Shown here: positions 63,156-64,000 of the stretch, in pieces
How positions within the stretch are numbered: position 1 is the stretch's first letter
Layout of the letters: every line of letters begins with the position of its first letter
Virus record (IMG/VR): IMGVR_UViG_3300044712_000688
Coordinates: 32,001 to 96,000 of that record
DNA from: a virus
Length of the DNA stretch: 64,000 nucleotides
Strand: one strand, 5' to 3'
Position numbers and translations under genes: made by a program
Notes under the pieces: model-generated
The model's input: only the letters and a program-made list of their open reading frames with translations
What the model was told of the DNA's origin: nothing
Database searches by the model: none

Positions 63156-63511
63156 CAGAATGGGCTATTGACCTCTGGCCCTACGTGAATGGAAAAGCTT
63201 TGATTTCGGGAATCAACCTAAAGGAGATGAATATGTCAGACATGCTAGACGTTATTCATTTCATGTTCGAGGAAGATTCTCGTTATCTATCTCAGGAGGA
63301 AGTCGAATCCGTGAGTGCTACTCGTACTCAGGTATACGAAACCTTATATGGGGTAACTTACAACTATAAAGTGAAGGCTCGTAGTAAGACAAACTCTACT
63401 TCTACGGGTGTTCCTGATCTAGATGAAGTTAAACCATATGTTCCTCCAACAGAGTTTGATCCTGAATCATCTAACCCATTCGGCAGTCTTTTAGAAGCTC
63501 CGCTTCGCTAA
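63104..63511 (+). CDS. Second tail assembly chaperone reading frame (probable -1 frameshift product)
   Basis: In the -1 frame overlapping the TAC end (CGC CCG), no good independent start; typical G/GT arrangement. Confidence 0.6.
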   Translation: MGCGAVQRTPGRAARGLAEWAIDLWPYVNGKALISGINLKEMNMSDMLDVIHFMFEEDSRYLSQEEVESVSATRTQVYETLYGVTYNYKVKARSKTNSTSTGVPDLDEVKPYVPPTEFDPESSNPFGSLLEAPLR

Positions 63512-63527
63512 TTAAGTAGGTGAAAAA

Positions 63528-64000
63528 GTGGCCCTAGTCGGTGAAGCGCATATCCTCGTTCGTGCTATTACAACGAACGTTGAAAAAGATATTCGCAAGG
63601 CATTTAGCAACGTCAATGGTAACGCTGCTAGTAATGCTGGTGCATCCCTAGGTGCCTCTTTTTCCCGCGGACTACGAAACAACATAGATGGTAACGTCTT
63701 TTCTAGACTTGCGAGTAACATAGCAGAATTAGCCCCTAATGCTGATGGTGCTAGAGAAGCATTTCAAGGAATGGTTCGCTCTTCCTATGTAGCTGGTACC
63801 GCTATTTCTGTACTGCTAGGTGCTATCTCTTCTCTAATTGGTGGTCTTGGTGCACTGGTCGGTGCTGCTGGTCAAGCTGCTGTTGGCTTGGTTGCTGTTG
63901 CTGGTGCTGCGGTCGCCCTTAAAGTTGGATTTAGCGTTGCTGGTATGGCTTTCAAGGGAATTAGCCAAGCTGTATCTGCAGCTACCAGCGCAAATAAGAA
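63528..64000 (+). CDS. Tape measure protein, N-terminal part (continues beyond window)
   Basis: TAGGTG RBS, GTG 63528; VGEAHILVRAIT start and Ala/Gly-rich helices; open to window end. Confidence 0.85.
   Translation, partial: MALVGEAHILVRAITTNVEKDIRKAFSNVNGNAASNAGASLGASFSRGLRNNIDGNVFSRLASNIAELAPNADGAREAFQGMVRSSYVAGTAISVLLGAISSLIGGLGALVGAAGQAAVGLVAVAGAAVALKVGFSVAGMAFKGISQAVSAATSANK

Noticed and set aside
1677-63721. Numerous opposite-strand ORFs overlapping the long genes
   Set aside because: Shadow ORFs of high-confidence + strand genes with no RBS or recognisable motifs
1-64000. tRNA, tmRNA or rRNA genes
   Set aside because: No cloverleaf with a T-loop GTTCRA and acceptor stem was found by eye, including in the ncRNA candidates; a tRNAscan run would be definitive

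Overview
This window is part of a large tailed dsDNA phage genome (siphovirus-type morphogenesis module). The host is most likely an actinobacterium, inferred from a ClgR-like HTH, an actinobacterial-type SSB, HmuO-like heme oxygenase, DUF2218, GAAAGG-type RBSs and many leaderless genes. Layout: (1) 1-14.3 kb holds surface, metabolic and lysis accessory genes (secreted beta-rich protein, GT61, HAD-nucleotidyltransferase, GDPD-like, TerS-like, CHAP-PG-binding protein, two 2OG-Fe(II) oxygenases). (2) 14.3-31.4 kb is a host-takeover-like array of about 20 self-contained promoter-RBS-gene-terminator cassettes. (3) 32.3-38 kb holds NlpC/P60, HTH, heme oxygenase and carbamoyltransferase. (4) 37.9-64 kb holds terminase, portal, head, tail and the start of the tape measure gene. 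The strongest unexplained signal is in the cassette array. The genes are almost completely purged of 4-5 bp restriction-type sites (by eye 2 GATC and 3 AGCT in about 11.5 kb of CDS, excluding the HTH gene). The spacers between each terminator and the next promoter are packed with the same sites (about 50 GATC; 11 GATCGATC octamers in the block, one of them in the HTH gene). Two operator-like motif families sit at the cassette promoters. The second highlight is a predicted -1 ribosomal frameshift (C_CCA_AAA plus hairpin) that would fuse a 1.8k-aa head-module protein to two ArdC-like anti-restriction modules. The roughly 2,570-aa product is punctuated by ten G(F/L)DQ motifs. All counts were made by eye and all family assignments come from motif recognition, not database searches.
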